Assembly (NCBI GenBank): GCA_014905635.1
Contig: JABVCE010000008.1
Location: forward strand, 1,054,001-1,118,000
Source of the DNA: Scenedesmus sp. PABB004
Lineage: Eukaryota
Direction of reading: 5' to 3'
DNA: 64,000 nucleotides
The first letter of the stretch is position 1; every line of letters starts with the position of its first letter. Shown here piece by piece: positions 9,902 to 21,793 of the stretch. The notes beneath the pieces were generated by a model that was not told the DNA's origin, ran no database searches, and was given only the letters and a program-made list of their open reading frames with translations. A program made the position numbers and the translations under genes.

Positions 9902-11435
9902 GCAGGCGCTGCCGCCGCGGCGCGCGCTGGCGGTCGTGGCCGGCGGCGCGGTCAAGGGCGGCGCGACGCTGCTCGCGTCGCTCGTGCTGCCGGCGGGCTT
10001 TGGCGCCGCGCGCGCCTGCCTCACCGGCCGGCCGCTCGCGTGGTTTGCGGCGCCGGGCGTCGCGTTTGCGACGTACCTGCCCTTCACCGCCGCGCTGCTG
10101 CTGCTGCCCTGGTCGGGCGCCGACTACTTCGCCAGCCCCGGCGGCGCGGGCCTGCTGCCGCTGCACATGCTCGGCGGCGCGCTCACCAACGCGGCCATCG
10201 CGGCGGCCCTCACGCGCGCCGGGATTGGCATGGCCGGCCTCTTTGCGCTCTGGGGCGCCGGCGGCGTCGGCGCGGCGCTCTGCGTGTCGCGCGGCGTCAC
10301 GCCCGCGCGGCTCGCGGGCGCGCTCGCGTGCGTCGCGTGGCCGGTCTACTCGGCCGCGGAGAGCGCGCTCGTGACGGCGGTGGTGATGATGGAGCGCATG
10401 TCCCTGACCGGGCACGCCTTTGCGGGCCTCGGCGACGCGATCGTGGGCGTGATGCTCGGCCTCTCTGTCGTCTCGCTCACCGGGCTCGTGCTCCTGCCGC
10501 TCGTGCAGGCGCTGCTGCGCCCGCGCGCCGCGCGCAGCGCGGCCGTGCTGCTGCTCGCGGCCGCGCTCATCGCCGCCGCGCTGACCAGCCACAGCCGCGC
10601 GTACGCGCCGTACTCGGCCGCCAAGCCCAAGCGCCTGCTGCTCGCGCACCTGCACTTCACCGAGCCGGCGGCGCCGCCGCCCGAGGACGCGGGGCGCGGC
10701 GGCGGCGACCCGGCCGAGCCCGGCGCGCCGCCGCTCGTGATGCGCGTCGCCAACGCGAGCTGGGCGCTCGCGGGCACCGACTCGACGCCCGTGTCGCTGC
10801 TCGCGCGCGCGATGGGGCTCGACCCGGCGTCCGCGCTGCCGGCGCGCGGGGGCGAGTGGGACGTGGTCTATCCGATCAGCAAGCTAGTCGACGTGCTGCT
10901 CTTCCCCGCGCCGCCGGCGCGCGGCGTCGTGGCCGCGCTGCCGCACGTGCGCCTGCTCGGCGCGCGCGCCGCGCGCGGCCCCGCCGGCGAGCTGCTCGTG
11001 GAGGCGACGCTGAGCGTGTTCAGCGCCAAGCCCTGCTGGGCGACGCTGAAGCTCGCGGCGCCGCGGCTGCACAGCTGGGCGCTGCACGACGGCGAGGGCT
11101 GGACGGACGCGGCCGAGTTTGCGGCCGGCGTCGCGAGCGGCAGCGGGCGCGCGGTGCCGCGCGGCGCCGGCCCCGCGGCGGCGGCGGGCGCGCGCTCGGT
11201 GCTGATCAAGTGGACGAGCGAGGTGCAGGAGGGCCCGCTGCGCTGGCCGCTGCGCGTGCGGCTGCACGCGCCCCCCGGCGGCGCGGTCGGCGGCGCGGCG
11301 CTCGGCCTGGACGCCGAGCTGCACGTCGGCTACGTCGAGCGCACGGCCGCGCTCGCGGGCATGCAGGCGCGCATGCCGCCCTGGTCGACGCTCAGCTACG
11401 AGGGCACCACCTACATCTCCAGCTGGTCTTGGTAG
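7696..11435 (+). CDS. ERMP1: Endoplasmic reticulum metallopeptidase 1-like (M28 family), multi-exon
   Basis: FSEARAREHV, VMLVAHHDSPVGSPG|AGDDASNV, LFSGAEE, FVNLESIG, GDTDFR, YHTDRD, followed by a multi-TM region and a lumenal C-terminus. Confidence 0.9.
8938..9085 (+). repeat. (GCCC)n intronic microsatellite
   Basis: Long ccgcccgcccgccc run in an ERMP1 intron. Confidence 0.9.
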
Positions 11436-11610
11436 GTAGCGCCATCATCATTCGAGCGGCCGCGGAGTCAGTCGGTCTGTGAACACAGTCACAGTCGCAG
11501 TCAGTTGTGAACGCAGACACTGTCAACACAGCCACTGTCAACACAGTCACTGTCACCTCCCTTGGCATCGATTGGTTGCGCGCGCGCGAGGTGCAGGCCC
11601 CCGGCCTCCT

Positions 11611-11611
<1 letters not shown>

Positions 11612-11656
<45 letters not shown>
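11612..11656 (+). repeat. (GTC)n microsatellite
   Basis: Uninterrupted gtc repeats in the intergenic region. Confidence 0.95.
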
Positions 11657-11657
<1 letters not shown>

Positions 11658-12345
11658 TCGCTTCAAAAGCACGCTGGCTCCCGCGAGAGATCCAGAGATC
11701 CGTGCGGCATGCGGCGCCGCGCTCGCCGCGCTGCTGTATTGTGAGTGTGTTTGTTCATTGTTTGGCCATCACAGGAGGGCGGGGCCCCGCGCGGCGCGGC
11801 CGCGCGGGGCGGGGATGGCGCGCGGGCCGCCGCCCGCTCGCGCGGCGGCGGTGGCGCTCGTGGCGTGCCTCGGGATTGAGGCGCGCCCGGTGCAGGGCGC
11901 ATTTGGCCGGTCACCGCGGCAGCAATGCATTGCGGGCAGGCCCTCTCTGCGCGTCGCTGTTTTTCGGAGCGCCGCCGCCGCGCCCCGGCACGTGCTGGGG
12001 CGCGCGCGCGGCGCGGGGGCGCGTTGGCGGCGGGGAGGCGATGCTGCGCGGGGTGGGACGGCGACGCGAGAGCCGCCGTCCGCGGCCGGTGCGGCGCAGC
12101 TCGCGGGGTGGCGCGGCCAGCGCGCCGGGGAAGCGCGAGGGGCGGGGGCGCGCAACCGCTGCGGCCTTTACGCGGCGCGCCCGCCGGCGCCGCGGAGACT
12201 CTGCCCGGCCAGCGACGCAGCGAACGCAGCGCCCAGCGACCCGGCAGCGCGCGCACATGGCCGGCACGCAGCAGCTCTAGCCCGCGCGCGCCCGCAGCAC
12301 CGCCCGCCCGCGCGAGCCCGCGCACGCCGGCCCCGCGCCGGCGCG

Positions 12346-15300
12346 ATGCAGCTGGCGGCGCCCGGCGACGGCGCCTCGCCCTTTGCGGCCGCGCAGGCGC
12401 GTGCCGCGCTGTGCGGGGGGCGATCCGCTGCGGGAGCCTTTCAGCGCGTGCGATCCACAGGGGCCCTGGATTCTGCGGTTCCGCGCGCCTGCGCGCGCCG
12501 CGGCGGCCTGAGCGCCCGCATTCGCGCAGGTCGGCAGCGTCGGCATGCAGGCACTTTCCGCGGCCGGCTCGCGCGAGGCCCGCGAGCGGTGAGGCGCCCG
12601 CGCCCGCGGACAGGGGGAAGCAGGGGCAACGCTGGACGCCGGCGCCGGCGCCGCGGCGGCGCGCAGGCGCGCGGGGCCGCGATTTTGCTGTTGGGCGCGA
12701 TTCGAGCCCGAATCCGTCCCCGCGCGCGCAGGCACCGGTCCGACAAGTGGCGGGACGTCGCATCGGTGAGCGAAACGCTGGCACGGGGCCGCCCCGCTGG
12801 CCGCGGCGAGCAGCGGCGGCGCCGCCCTCGGTGTTCGCAGCTCACCACCGTCCGGCGCCGCCCGGCCGCGCGCGCCCCGCCGCAGGCATCGCACAGCAGC
12901 AAGCCGCACGGCTGCGCCAAGCGCGGCGGCCGGCCGGTCACCTGGATCGGCGGCGGCGGCATGGACCCCAAGTGCGGCCGCGCGCGGCCGGCAGCGACCG
13001 CGCCGCGGCGGCGAGCACGCGGGCAGGCCGGCCGCCGCCCCGGCCCGCGCGCCTACGCGGGGCCGACGCCGCCGCGCCGCGCTGCGCCCCCCCCCCCCCC
13101 CCTCTTCTTGCAGGCGCCTGGCGGGCCTCGGCGTGCCCGCGCTGCGCGACCTCTTCGCGCAGGTCTTTGGCGAGGCCACGGCCTCCAACAACGCCGCCTG
13201 GCTGCGCCGGAAGCTCGCGGAGAACCCCGACTCCGTGCACGGCCAGCGGCGCTCGCCCGTCGTGCGCGCGCGCGACATGGGCGCCGCGATCTGGAACGCG
13301 GCCGGCGGCGCCGCGGACGGCAGCGGCGACGACGCCGCGGCCACCGACGGCGACGAGCGCGCGACGCGCAGCGACAGCGCGGTGCGGCGCCGCGCCGGCG
13401 GCAGCGCCGCGCGCGCGCGCGCGCGCGCAGGCGCGAGCACGCCCGCCGCGCCCCACTCGCTGCTGCTCACCGCCGCGCCGCTCCCAACGACGCGCCGCTG
13501 CTGCGCAGGCCGCCGACGGCGACAGCAGCGGCGCCGCCAGCAGCCAGCGGCGCTCGCTGAAGCGCTCCGCGGCGTCGGCGGAGAGCGCCGACACGCTGGG
13601 CTTCTGCCTCGGCGGCAGCAGCGCGCGCTGCCTCTCGCCAGCGAGTGAGTGCCGCGCCGCCGCTGGCAAGGGGCGCCCAGCCCCAGGCGGCCCGCCGCCG
13701 CCCGTCCGCACGCGGGCGCCCGCTCACCGCGGCCGCCCGCCCCGCCCGCCCGCCCCGCCCGCCGCCGCAGGCGGCAGCGGCAGCGCGTCGCCGACGGCCA
13801 CGCACAGCGGCTCCAGCCCGCGCGCGCACAAGGCCAAGCCCCATGGCCACCGGCAGCAGGCGCGGCAGCAGGCGGCGCAGCTGGCGCACGCGCAGGCGCA
13901 GCAGGCGCAGGCGGGGCTGGGCGTGGCCGTGGGCGAGGCCGTGCGGCCGGACGCCGTCCACGACGGCTACCTCGGCCTGCGCGTGATGGTCTGGTGGCCC
14001 GCCGACCACCAGTGGTGGCCCGCGACGATCTGCGCGGTGAGGCGCCGCGCGGCGCGGCGCGCGCCGACGGCGGCGCCCGCCACCGCGGCGCCCCGCCGCG
14101 CCCGCGCGCCGTCGCTCACGCGCCGCCGCGCCCCGGGACGCAGCTCGACGTGTGCGGCGCGCGGCTGCAGCTGCTGTACGGCGACGGGACCGAGGAGCGC
14201 GTGACGGGGGTCGACTTCCACCAGCTCCTGGCCGCGGGGCACCTCGCGCTCGCCGCGGGCGTGACGCCGCCGCTGCCGTGCAGCGCAGGTGCGCGCCGCG
14301 GCGCGCGGCGCGCGGCGCGCGGCGCGGCGCGGCGTGCGGCCCCGCCTTGCCCCCGCTTCGCGCGCCGCGCGCCCGCTCACCGCCCGCCCGCGCGGCGCGC
14401 CGTGTGGCCTCGCGCGCGCCCAGGCGGCTACACGCTGGACTATGGCCCCACGGGCCAGGCCACCGGGCTCGCGCCCACGGCGGTGCAGCTGGAGGCGAGC
14501 CTGGCGGCCGCGGCTGCGGCGGGGCTCACGGCGCTGCTGCCGCACGAGCTCGACGCGCCCGGCGCCCTGCTCGGCCGGCGCGCTGTCAGCTGCCTGCTGC
14601 CCGCGCCGCGCGCGGCCGCGCCGGAGCTCTCCCGCAGCGCGAGCGCCACCTTTGGCGCCGCCGCGGGCCGCGACGCGGAGGCCGCCGCGGCGGGCGACGC
14701 CAAGCGCATGCGCTGCGAGGCCGCCTCCAACAGCGGGCCGTCCGGCTCCGACGCGACCAACCCCAGCTCGGACGCCTTCCTCGGCTTCTTCGCCTCCTCG
14801 GCGCTCGGCGGCTTCTGCCCCGGCCTGCCGGAGCTGCCGCAGGGCGCCGACGCGGCCAAGCTGAGTGGGTGGTTTGAGAGCCAGCAGCAGCGGCAGGCGC
14901 AGGCGCAGCTGCAGATCCAGCCCGATGGGCTCGTGATGCAGCAGGAGGCGCAGGCGGCGATGCACGAGCAGATGGCGGCGCACATGTCGATGCAGCACGC
15001 GGGGGAGCTCATGCACCTGCAGGCGCCCGCGCTCACCGCGCCCAGCGCGGCCGCGGCGGCGGTCGCCGGCCCCTGCGCGCTCGGCGCGTTTGCGCCGTGT
15101 GGCGGCCTCGTGCTGCCCGCCGGCGGCGCCGGCGCGGCGCCGGCGCTGGGCGGCGGCGACCGGCCGCCGCCCGACGCGCGCGGCAGCGGCGCGGAGGCCG
15201 ACCTCGTGAGCTGCTACCTGGAGCAGCTCGTGCCGGAGATGCCCGGCTGCGGCGACGCCGACATGGAGGAGCCCGACGCCGGCGGCGTCGGCCTGTGCGA

Positions 15301-15559
15301 GAGCGTGGCGGACGAGCTCGCGGTCGCGGGGCTGGAGGCCGGCGACGCGGCCGGCTACTACATGCTGGGCTCGCCCGCAGGCTCGCCGCGCGCGGCCGAC
15401 GCGCCCCGCGGCGGCGCCGAGGGCGGCGGCGGCGCGCCCGACGCGGCGCCGCGCGCTGCGCCCGAGGCCGGCGGTGACCACGGCGGCGACGGCGGCGGCC
15501 TCGACGCCGGCCCCGCGCCCGGCAGCGAGGGCTTTGCGCTGATGTTTGACTTTGACTGA
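12346..15559 (+). CDS. Putative chromatin protein with a small helical domain and one Tudor-like domain, multi-exon
   Basis: LGVPALRDLFAQVFGEATASNNAAWLRRKL helical motif; YLGLRVMVWWPADHQWWPATICA|LDVCGARLQLLYGDGTEERV Tudor-like motif; stop at 15557-15559. The start is inferred. Confidence 0.6.
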
Positions 15560-17261
15560 CCACGCCGTTCGCCGGCCGGCGCCCGCGCCGCGGCCGCGCC
15601 GCCGGCAGCCTCGGCGGCCGGCCAGGGCGAGGCGCCAGGTGATGATGCGTCTGAGGCACTGGAACGGCGCGCGCCCGCGATCCACGCGGGCGCCGCCCTG
15701 GGGGTCTCGCCAGCCAGGGGCGGGGCGGCGCCGCGCCGGCTGCCAGGCCGGGCGGCGCTGCACCCCGGCGGCGGGGGGCATCAGTCCAAACCCCTCGGCG
15801 TCCAGCGCGCTCCGGCGGCCGCGGTCCCTCCCGGCCCGCGGCCGCGCGGGCGCCTGTGCGAGCGCTGCACGCAAGAGTTGGCGCCCACCGCCGCGGCGCG
15901 CCGCGTGCGGGCCCCCGGCCCGCGCGGCCGCGGCGGCGGCTGGGCGCGCGGCGGGCGGGAATGGGTGGGCAGCACTGGGTGTACACCAACAACGGCTGCC
16001 CGCGCCCCGCATGGCGGGGCGCCGACATTTTTGGGGGACGCTTCACATGGACGCCCCGCGCGCGCGCCCCCGGCCAGGGCGCGCGCGCGTGGGCGGCGTG
16101 CGCCGCTGGTGTTCCCCGACACACGTGCGCACGCAGCTGCCTGCCCACCGCGGCAGACACGCAGAGACACACACACACAGGCACACGACCAACCAAAACG
16201 TGGCGCCCGCGCCGCGTTTTGCGCAGCCGCCGAGCGGCGCGCGCCTTCCTTCAACAAGGCGGCCGCGTCCGCGCATCTGCTGACCGCAGGACTTGACTCG
16301 AGTTGAGCGCCGTTGGTGCTGCTCGTCTGGTGGCAGGGGCAGGCGGGCGGGAAGGGAAGGGACGGGCTGTACAGGGAAGCTGGCGCTGCACTGCGCGCGC
16401 CGCCTGACGGCAGCGGAGCTGGCAGGTCCCGCCTCGTAGTACAATGCCGACGAGCGGCCGCTGGCGCATTGTTCACACCAGCAGCACGCATTGCGCTCCC
16501 ACCACCCACGAGATCGGCGCCGCGCCCGCGTCATAGCCACGCCCGCGCGCGCCTCTTCGGCCGGCCCAGAGCGCAGCGCCTTGTTCGTTGTCGTCGCGTC
16601 GTCGTTGTCGTGTGAGGGGAGCAGCGGTGGCGGCGGCGCGCCCTGCACATAAAGCCCACGCGGCGGTTTTTTGGGTCGGGCGCGGCGGCGGCCGGCACAT
16701 GCTTGCGCCGCCGCGCCCGCGCGGGTCAGCGGCGACGGCGCTCGCCTGGGGTAATGTGGTGGCGCGGCTCTGGAGAGGGGTGGGCGCTGGGGCGATGGAT
16801 TTCACTGCGCCGGCGGCTGCCTGCAATGACTGCAGCCACTGCCGCGCCTACTATGCACTGGCACTCACCCGTGCGTTGCCTCGCTCGCTGCTTGCTAGAG
16901 CAGCGTGCCGCCCATGCGGCTTCAAGCGGCGGCCCCTCTGACGTCGGCGCGCGCCCTCGGCCGGCCAGCCGACGCGCGCGCCGCCGCGGCACTGCTCTCG
17001 CGCGCGCCGCACATTTGTCCCTCGAAGAAGCGCAGCGGCGGTTTATCGCTGGTAAGCCCAGGACCTGCAGCGCCCGCGGCCATCGCCGCCACCGGCGGCG
17101 GCCACAGCACAGTGGCCTCCAGTCCCGAACACGCCAGCTGCGCAGCGTCCTTGCGCCACCGACAGCAGGCGCGGCAGCAGCTGCAGCAGCCGCAGGCTGC
17201 GCGGCCGGCCCGCGGCCCGCGCCGCCACCCGCGCCCCGCGGCGCCGCAGCGCGCGCGTCTG

Positions 17262-19370
17262 ATGGGGCTGTTCGACGGCCTCTTCCAGCCGGCCGGGCCT
17301 GGCGGCGCGTCGAGCCTGTTCGGCGGGTCGGCCTTCCGCGCCGCGCCCGCGCAGCCCCGCTCGCCCGGCGCGCCGCAGCCCGAGCAGGCCGCCGCAATCG
17401 GCGGCGGAAAGCGGGAGAAGCAGGCGCGGAAGGGCGACAAGGCCGGGCGGCGCAGCGCGGGCGCGGAGGCAGCAGACGGCGGCGGCGGTCGCGCAGCCGC
17501 GCCCCCGGCCGGGCAGCTAGGCCAGGGACCGGCGCCAGGCCGCCACAGGGACGCGCCCGGCAAGTCCAAGCGCAACAAGGGCGGCGCGCCGGCCGACGAC
17601 GGCGGGCCGGAGCAGCAGCAGCAGCAGCCGCCGGCCGCGCCGCCCGGCGCGGGGCAGGCCAAGAAGGGCCGGCCCGCCCCGGAGGCCGCTACGGCGGCAG
17701 CGGGCGCCACCACCGCCACTGGCGCACAGGAGGGGGCGCCGCCGCGGGGGGAGAAGAAGCGCAAGCAGCAGCCGAAGGGCGCAGGCAAGCCGGGCGGGCC
17801 GCAGGCGGCGGCGACGCGCAAAAAGCCGAAGCTGCCCGCGCAGCCGGCGGGCGCGGGCGCGGGCGCGCCGCAACCTGGTGCCACCGCGCCCGGCGCCGCC
17901 GCGGCCGACGACGCGGCGGCGGCCGCGGCCGCCGCCGCCGCGGCGGACGCGGCCAAGCTCGCGCGCACCGTGTTTGTCGGCAACCTGCCTGTCGGCATGA
18001 AGCGCAAGGCAGTGGCGCGCCTCTTCGCGGGCCACGGGGCCGTCGAGAGCGTGCGCCTGCGCAGCGTGCCGGTCGACCTCGAGCGCGCCGCAAAGCTGCC
18101 GCGCCGCGCGGCGGTCATCAAGGGCGCCGTCGGCGCCGACCGCGGCGGCGCCAACGCCTATGTGGTCTTTGCCGACGCGGCCGACGCGGCGCGCGCGCTG
18201 GCGGCAAACATGACCGAGGTGGGCGCGGCACGCGCGGCGCGCGGCGCGCGCCGCCGCCGCGGCCACGGCCGCCGCCGCCGCCGCCGCCGACGCCGACGCC
18301 CGACGCGCGGCCCGCCGCTGCCGCGCAGGTGGAGGGCCACCACCTCCGCGTCGACCGCGCCGCGCCGCCGGCGGCGGCGGGCGCCGACGGCGGCGCCGCC
18401 GGCGGGCGCGGCGCCGTGCAGTACGACGCGGCGCGCAGCGTGTTTGTGGGGAACCTGGACTTTAAGGTTGGTTGGGCCAGCCAGCAGCGGCGGCGGGCGC
18501 CACCCCGGGGGCGGCGGGCCCGGGGCGCGCTCGCTCGCTCGCGCGCCGCGCTCCGCGCGCCCACACGCGCGCACGCGCCGCGCGCCCGCGGCGGCGCAGG
18601 TGAGCGAGGACCAGCTCGTGGCCGCGTTTGCCGCCGCCGGCGGGGGGCACCCCGAGGCGCCGCCCGGCGGCGGCGTCGAGGCTGTGCGGGTCGTGCGCGA
18701 CGCGCGGACTAACCTGGGCAAGGGCATCGCGTACGTGCTGTTCACCACCAAGGCCGCCGCGCGCGCCGCGCTCGCGCTCGACGGCGCGGAGCTCGGGGGG
18801 CGGCCGATGCGCGTCTCGCGCGTCGACCGGCGCGCCGGCGCCGGCGCCGGCGGCGGCGCCGGCGCTGCGCGCGGCTCGGCGCGGGGCGGCGGCCGCGGGG
18901 GGCCCGGCGGCGCCGGGCGCGGCCGCGGCCGCGGCGGCGCGGCCGGCCTTGGCGTGCGCGGCGGCGGCGTGCGCAAGCCGGGCAGGGGCGGCGGCGCCGC
19001 GGCCGCCGCCGCGGACTGGCAGGGCCTGCGCACCAAGGGCAAGGGCGCCGGCCTCCGGGCGGCCGGGCCCAGGCCGGCGCGCGTCGACGCCGGCGGCGGC
19101 GGCGGCAGGGGCGGCGGCGGCAGCAGGGGCGGCGGCAGGGGCGGCAGCAGGGGCGGCGGCCGCGGCCGCGGCGGCGGCAGGGGCGGCAGCAGGGGCGGCG
19201 GGCGCGGCGGCGGCGGCGGCGCTGGCAAGGCAGCCGCCGGCAGCAAGCGCCCCGCTGTGGCCGCGCGCAAGGCGACGGCCAAGGCCAGCGCCGCCAAGCA
19301 GCGGCAGGGGGCTGCTGGCGGCGCGCCGGGGCGGGGCGGCGGCCGCGGCGGCCGCAGCGGCCGTCGTTGA
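17262..19370 (+). CDS. RBM34: Nucleolar two-RRM protein RBM34/Nop12
   Basis: RTVFVGNLP...VESVRLRSVP...ANAYVVF, EGHHLRVDRA, RSVFVGNLDF, VEAVRVVRDARTNLGKGIAYVLF, RGG-rich tail, KRPAVAARK. Confidence 0.9.
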   Translation: MGLFDGLFQPAGPGGASSLFGGSAFRAAPAQPRSPGAPQPEQAAAIGGGKREKQARKGDKAGRRSAGAEAADGGGGRAAAPPAGQLGQGPAPGRHRDAPGKSKRNKGGAPADDGGPEQQQQQPPAAPPGAGQAKKGRPAPEAATAAAGATTATGAQEGAPPRGEKKRKQQPKGAGKPGGPQAAATRKKPKLPAQPAGAGAGAPQPGATAPGAAAADDAAAAAAAAAAADAAKLARTVFVGNLPVGMKRKAVARLFAGHGAVESVRLRSVPVDLERAAKLPRRAAVIKGAVGADRGGANAYVVFADAADAARALAANMTEVGAARAARGARRRRGHGRRRRRRRRRRPTRGPPLPRRWRATTSASTAPRRRRRRAPTAAPPAGAAPCSTTRRAACLWGTWTLRLVGPASSGGGRHPGGGGPGARSLARAPRSARPHARTRRAPAAAQVSEDQLVAAFAAAGGGHPEAPPGGGVEAVRVVRDARTNLGKGIAYVLFTTKAAARAALALDGAELGGRPMRVSRVDRRAGAGAGGGAGAARGSARGGGRGGPGGAGRGRGRGGAAGLGVRGGGVRKPGRGGGAAAAAADWQGLRTKGKGAGLRAAGPRPARVDAGGGGGRGGGGSRGGGRGGSRGGGRGRGGGRGGSRGGGRGGGGGAGKAAAGSKRPAVAARKATAKASAAKQRQGAAGGAPGRGGGRGGRSGRR

Positions 19371-19585
19371 CGTGTGTGGTGCAGAGCCCTGGCTGCAACA
19401 CACTCTGCGCGCCGCCCGCCTCGAGACACCCGCATGTGGACCGCGTGCAGCGGCTCAGCTCCGCCGTTCGGCGCGCGTTGTGGTGGCAGTGCGACGCTCG
19501 CCAAGAATCTCACCACGCGCTCCCGCCGTGCAAGCCGCTCCGGACCTTCTGCTGAGCGTGTGACGACGCCGACATCGTCGTCGCC

Positions 19586-21605
19586 ATGCCGCCCAGCAGC
19601 GAGGCCGCCCAGCCGCCGCCCGACGGGGCGGCGCCGCGCAAGGGCTGCAAGTGGCTGCTGAAGGCGGTGCTGCTTTTCCCTATGTGGTGCTACCGGGCCG
19701 TCGTCCACAACATGCGGTGCGTGAGTCCAGGGCTTCGGGGGCTGAGCCGCCGCAGCTGCCGAGCGGCGTCACCCGAAGCTCGCTCGCCGCTGCTGCTGGT
19801 GGCGGGCGGCCGGGACCACCGTGAGGCCGCCCACCGGCTGCCCGGCGCCGCCCCGCCGCTGCCGCCGCCGCCGCCGCGCCGCCGCAACCCGCGCCGCGCA
19901 CCGCGGCGCAGGCCGGACGTCATCACCCGCAAGACGCGGGAGCCCGAGTGGGCGGCGCTGCAGAGCGAGTGGCGCTGGGCGCACGCGGTGCTGAGCTACC
20001 TCGGCCCGCCCTCGTTCGTGCTCTGGCACATCAAGCTGCCCCTGATCGTCAACATGGTCGTCGCCGTGCTCATGTTGATGGACGCGATCAGCCCAAACAC
20101 CTACCTGGTCACAAACCGGCTCAACAGCTCCATCACGCTCACGTGGCGCCTGTCGAGCTTCATGCTGGCCCTTCTCATGGCGTTCAGGGTCAACAGGTGA
20201 CCGCGCCGCCGCGCGGCGGGCCGGGGCGGCGGCACGCGGCGCCCCCCGTGGGCCGTGCGGTGGCGCGCGCGAGCTCAGCAGCACCCGCCCCGCGCCGCGG
20301 CGCCGCCGCGGCGCCAGGAGCTACGAGCGGTGGTGGCTCGGGCGCCAGTCGTTTGCGGGCGTCGGCAACGCCGCGCTCACGCTGACGCAGCAGGCGGTCG
20401 CGTGGGTCGACGCGCCGGAGCTGCGCGCGGAGCTGCTGCGCTGGGCCAGCGTGTGGCACTTTTCGGTCCTGCAGCTGCTCACGCGGTCCAAGGCCCTGCC
20501 GCCCGCCGCCGCGGCGCTGTTGGACGAGGACGAGCTCGCGTATTACGCCAAGGCGCGCAAGGGCCGCAACCTCGTGGTCCTGCGCCTGCGCGGCCTCGTC
20601 ACGCAGGCGAGCCTCAGCACCGCGCGGGCGACGGCCATGGAGGCGGCGATCGCCAAGGGCGTCGCCGACAGCGGGCAGTGCGCGCGCATCATGTTCCAGT
20701 CAATGGTGCGCGCGCCGGCTGCCCCGCCGGCAGTCGGGGCGGCGCGCGCGCGCCCGGGGCGCGCGCCGGCGGGCCTGTGCAGGCGGGATCAGCCGCCGCC
20801 CCGCGCGCCGCCGCCGCCGCCGCCGCCGCCGCGCAGCCGTACGCTTTGACGTTGATGTGCAGCGGCTTCCTCGAGTGCTGGCTCATCATGCTGCCAGGCG
20901 CGCACGCACGCGCGCGCGCCGCCGGCACGCCCGGCGCTGCGCAGCTCTGCAGCCAGAGCTGGCGCTCAGCGCCACCGTCGCCCGGGGCCCGCGCCCACGC
21001 CCTCCGCCGCGCCGCCGCGCCGCCTCCGCCGCCGCCGCGCGGCAGGCGGGCTGTTTGAGGACCAGGCGCCGCCGCCGGGCACTCGCGGGCGCGTGCCCTA
21101 CTTTAGCATTGTGTTAATCTTTCTGATCAACGTGCTGATGCTGGGAGTCGGTGAGGCCTGAGCTGAGCTGCCGGGAGCTCAGCGCGCCGCTGTCAGCGTC
21201 AGCGGGCCGGCGCGCCGCCTCGCACACGCACATGCGTCGCGGCGGCCCGCCGCCGGCCCGGCCGGGCGCGCTGCGCATGCTGCGCATGACAGTCTCCACT
21301 GCCGCCCCGCCGCCGCAGACGAGGTCGCGTGCCAGCTGGAGCAGCCGTTCCCGTTCATGCCGCTGGCGGACATTGCCGACACGACGCTGCGCGACATCAC
21401 CAGGACGCCGGGCGAGGCGGCGACGATGGAGGAGCTCGGCCGCAAGCGCCTCCTGCCCGGCGGCAGCGGCGCCAGCAGCAGCAGCGCAAACGGCGGCGCG
21501 GGCGGCGGCGGCGCGGACGGCGGCGCGGCGCCGGACCAGGGCGCGGCGCGCCGCGCGGCGGGCGGCGAGGGCCTGGCCGCGGTGGTGGTCTGCCCGGGAG
21601 CGTGA
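19586..21605 (+). CDS. Bestrophin-like (UPF0187/YneE) anion channel, multi-exon
   Basis: SSFMLALLMAFRVNR|SYERWWLGRQ, CARIMFQSM|PYA, LLINVLMLGV|DEVACQLEQPF. Confidence 0.88.
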
Positions 21606-21793
21606 CGGCGGCGCGTGGGAGGGACCATGGATTGCGGCGCCTTCCTTCTTCCTTTCTTGCTTTGTTGCCAGAGCGCGGGCGCCGCCGCCCGCGGCAACAC
21701 CAGCTGTCCGGCCAGCACGTTCTGCGCGCCGTCAGCCCCCTCAACGCCAACGCCACTCGCTCGCGGTCAAAAACGTCCGCTCCCGCTTGCCCC

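Noticed and set aside
15560..17260. Possible gene or ncRNA in the 1.7 kb gap
   Set aside because: No coding-like frame, tRNA/rRNA or other recognisable motif; likely UTR and promoter DNA.
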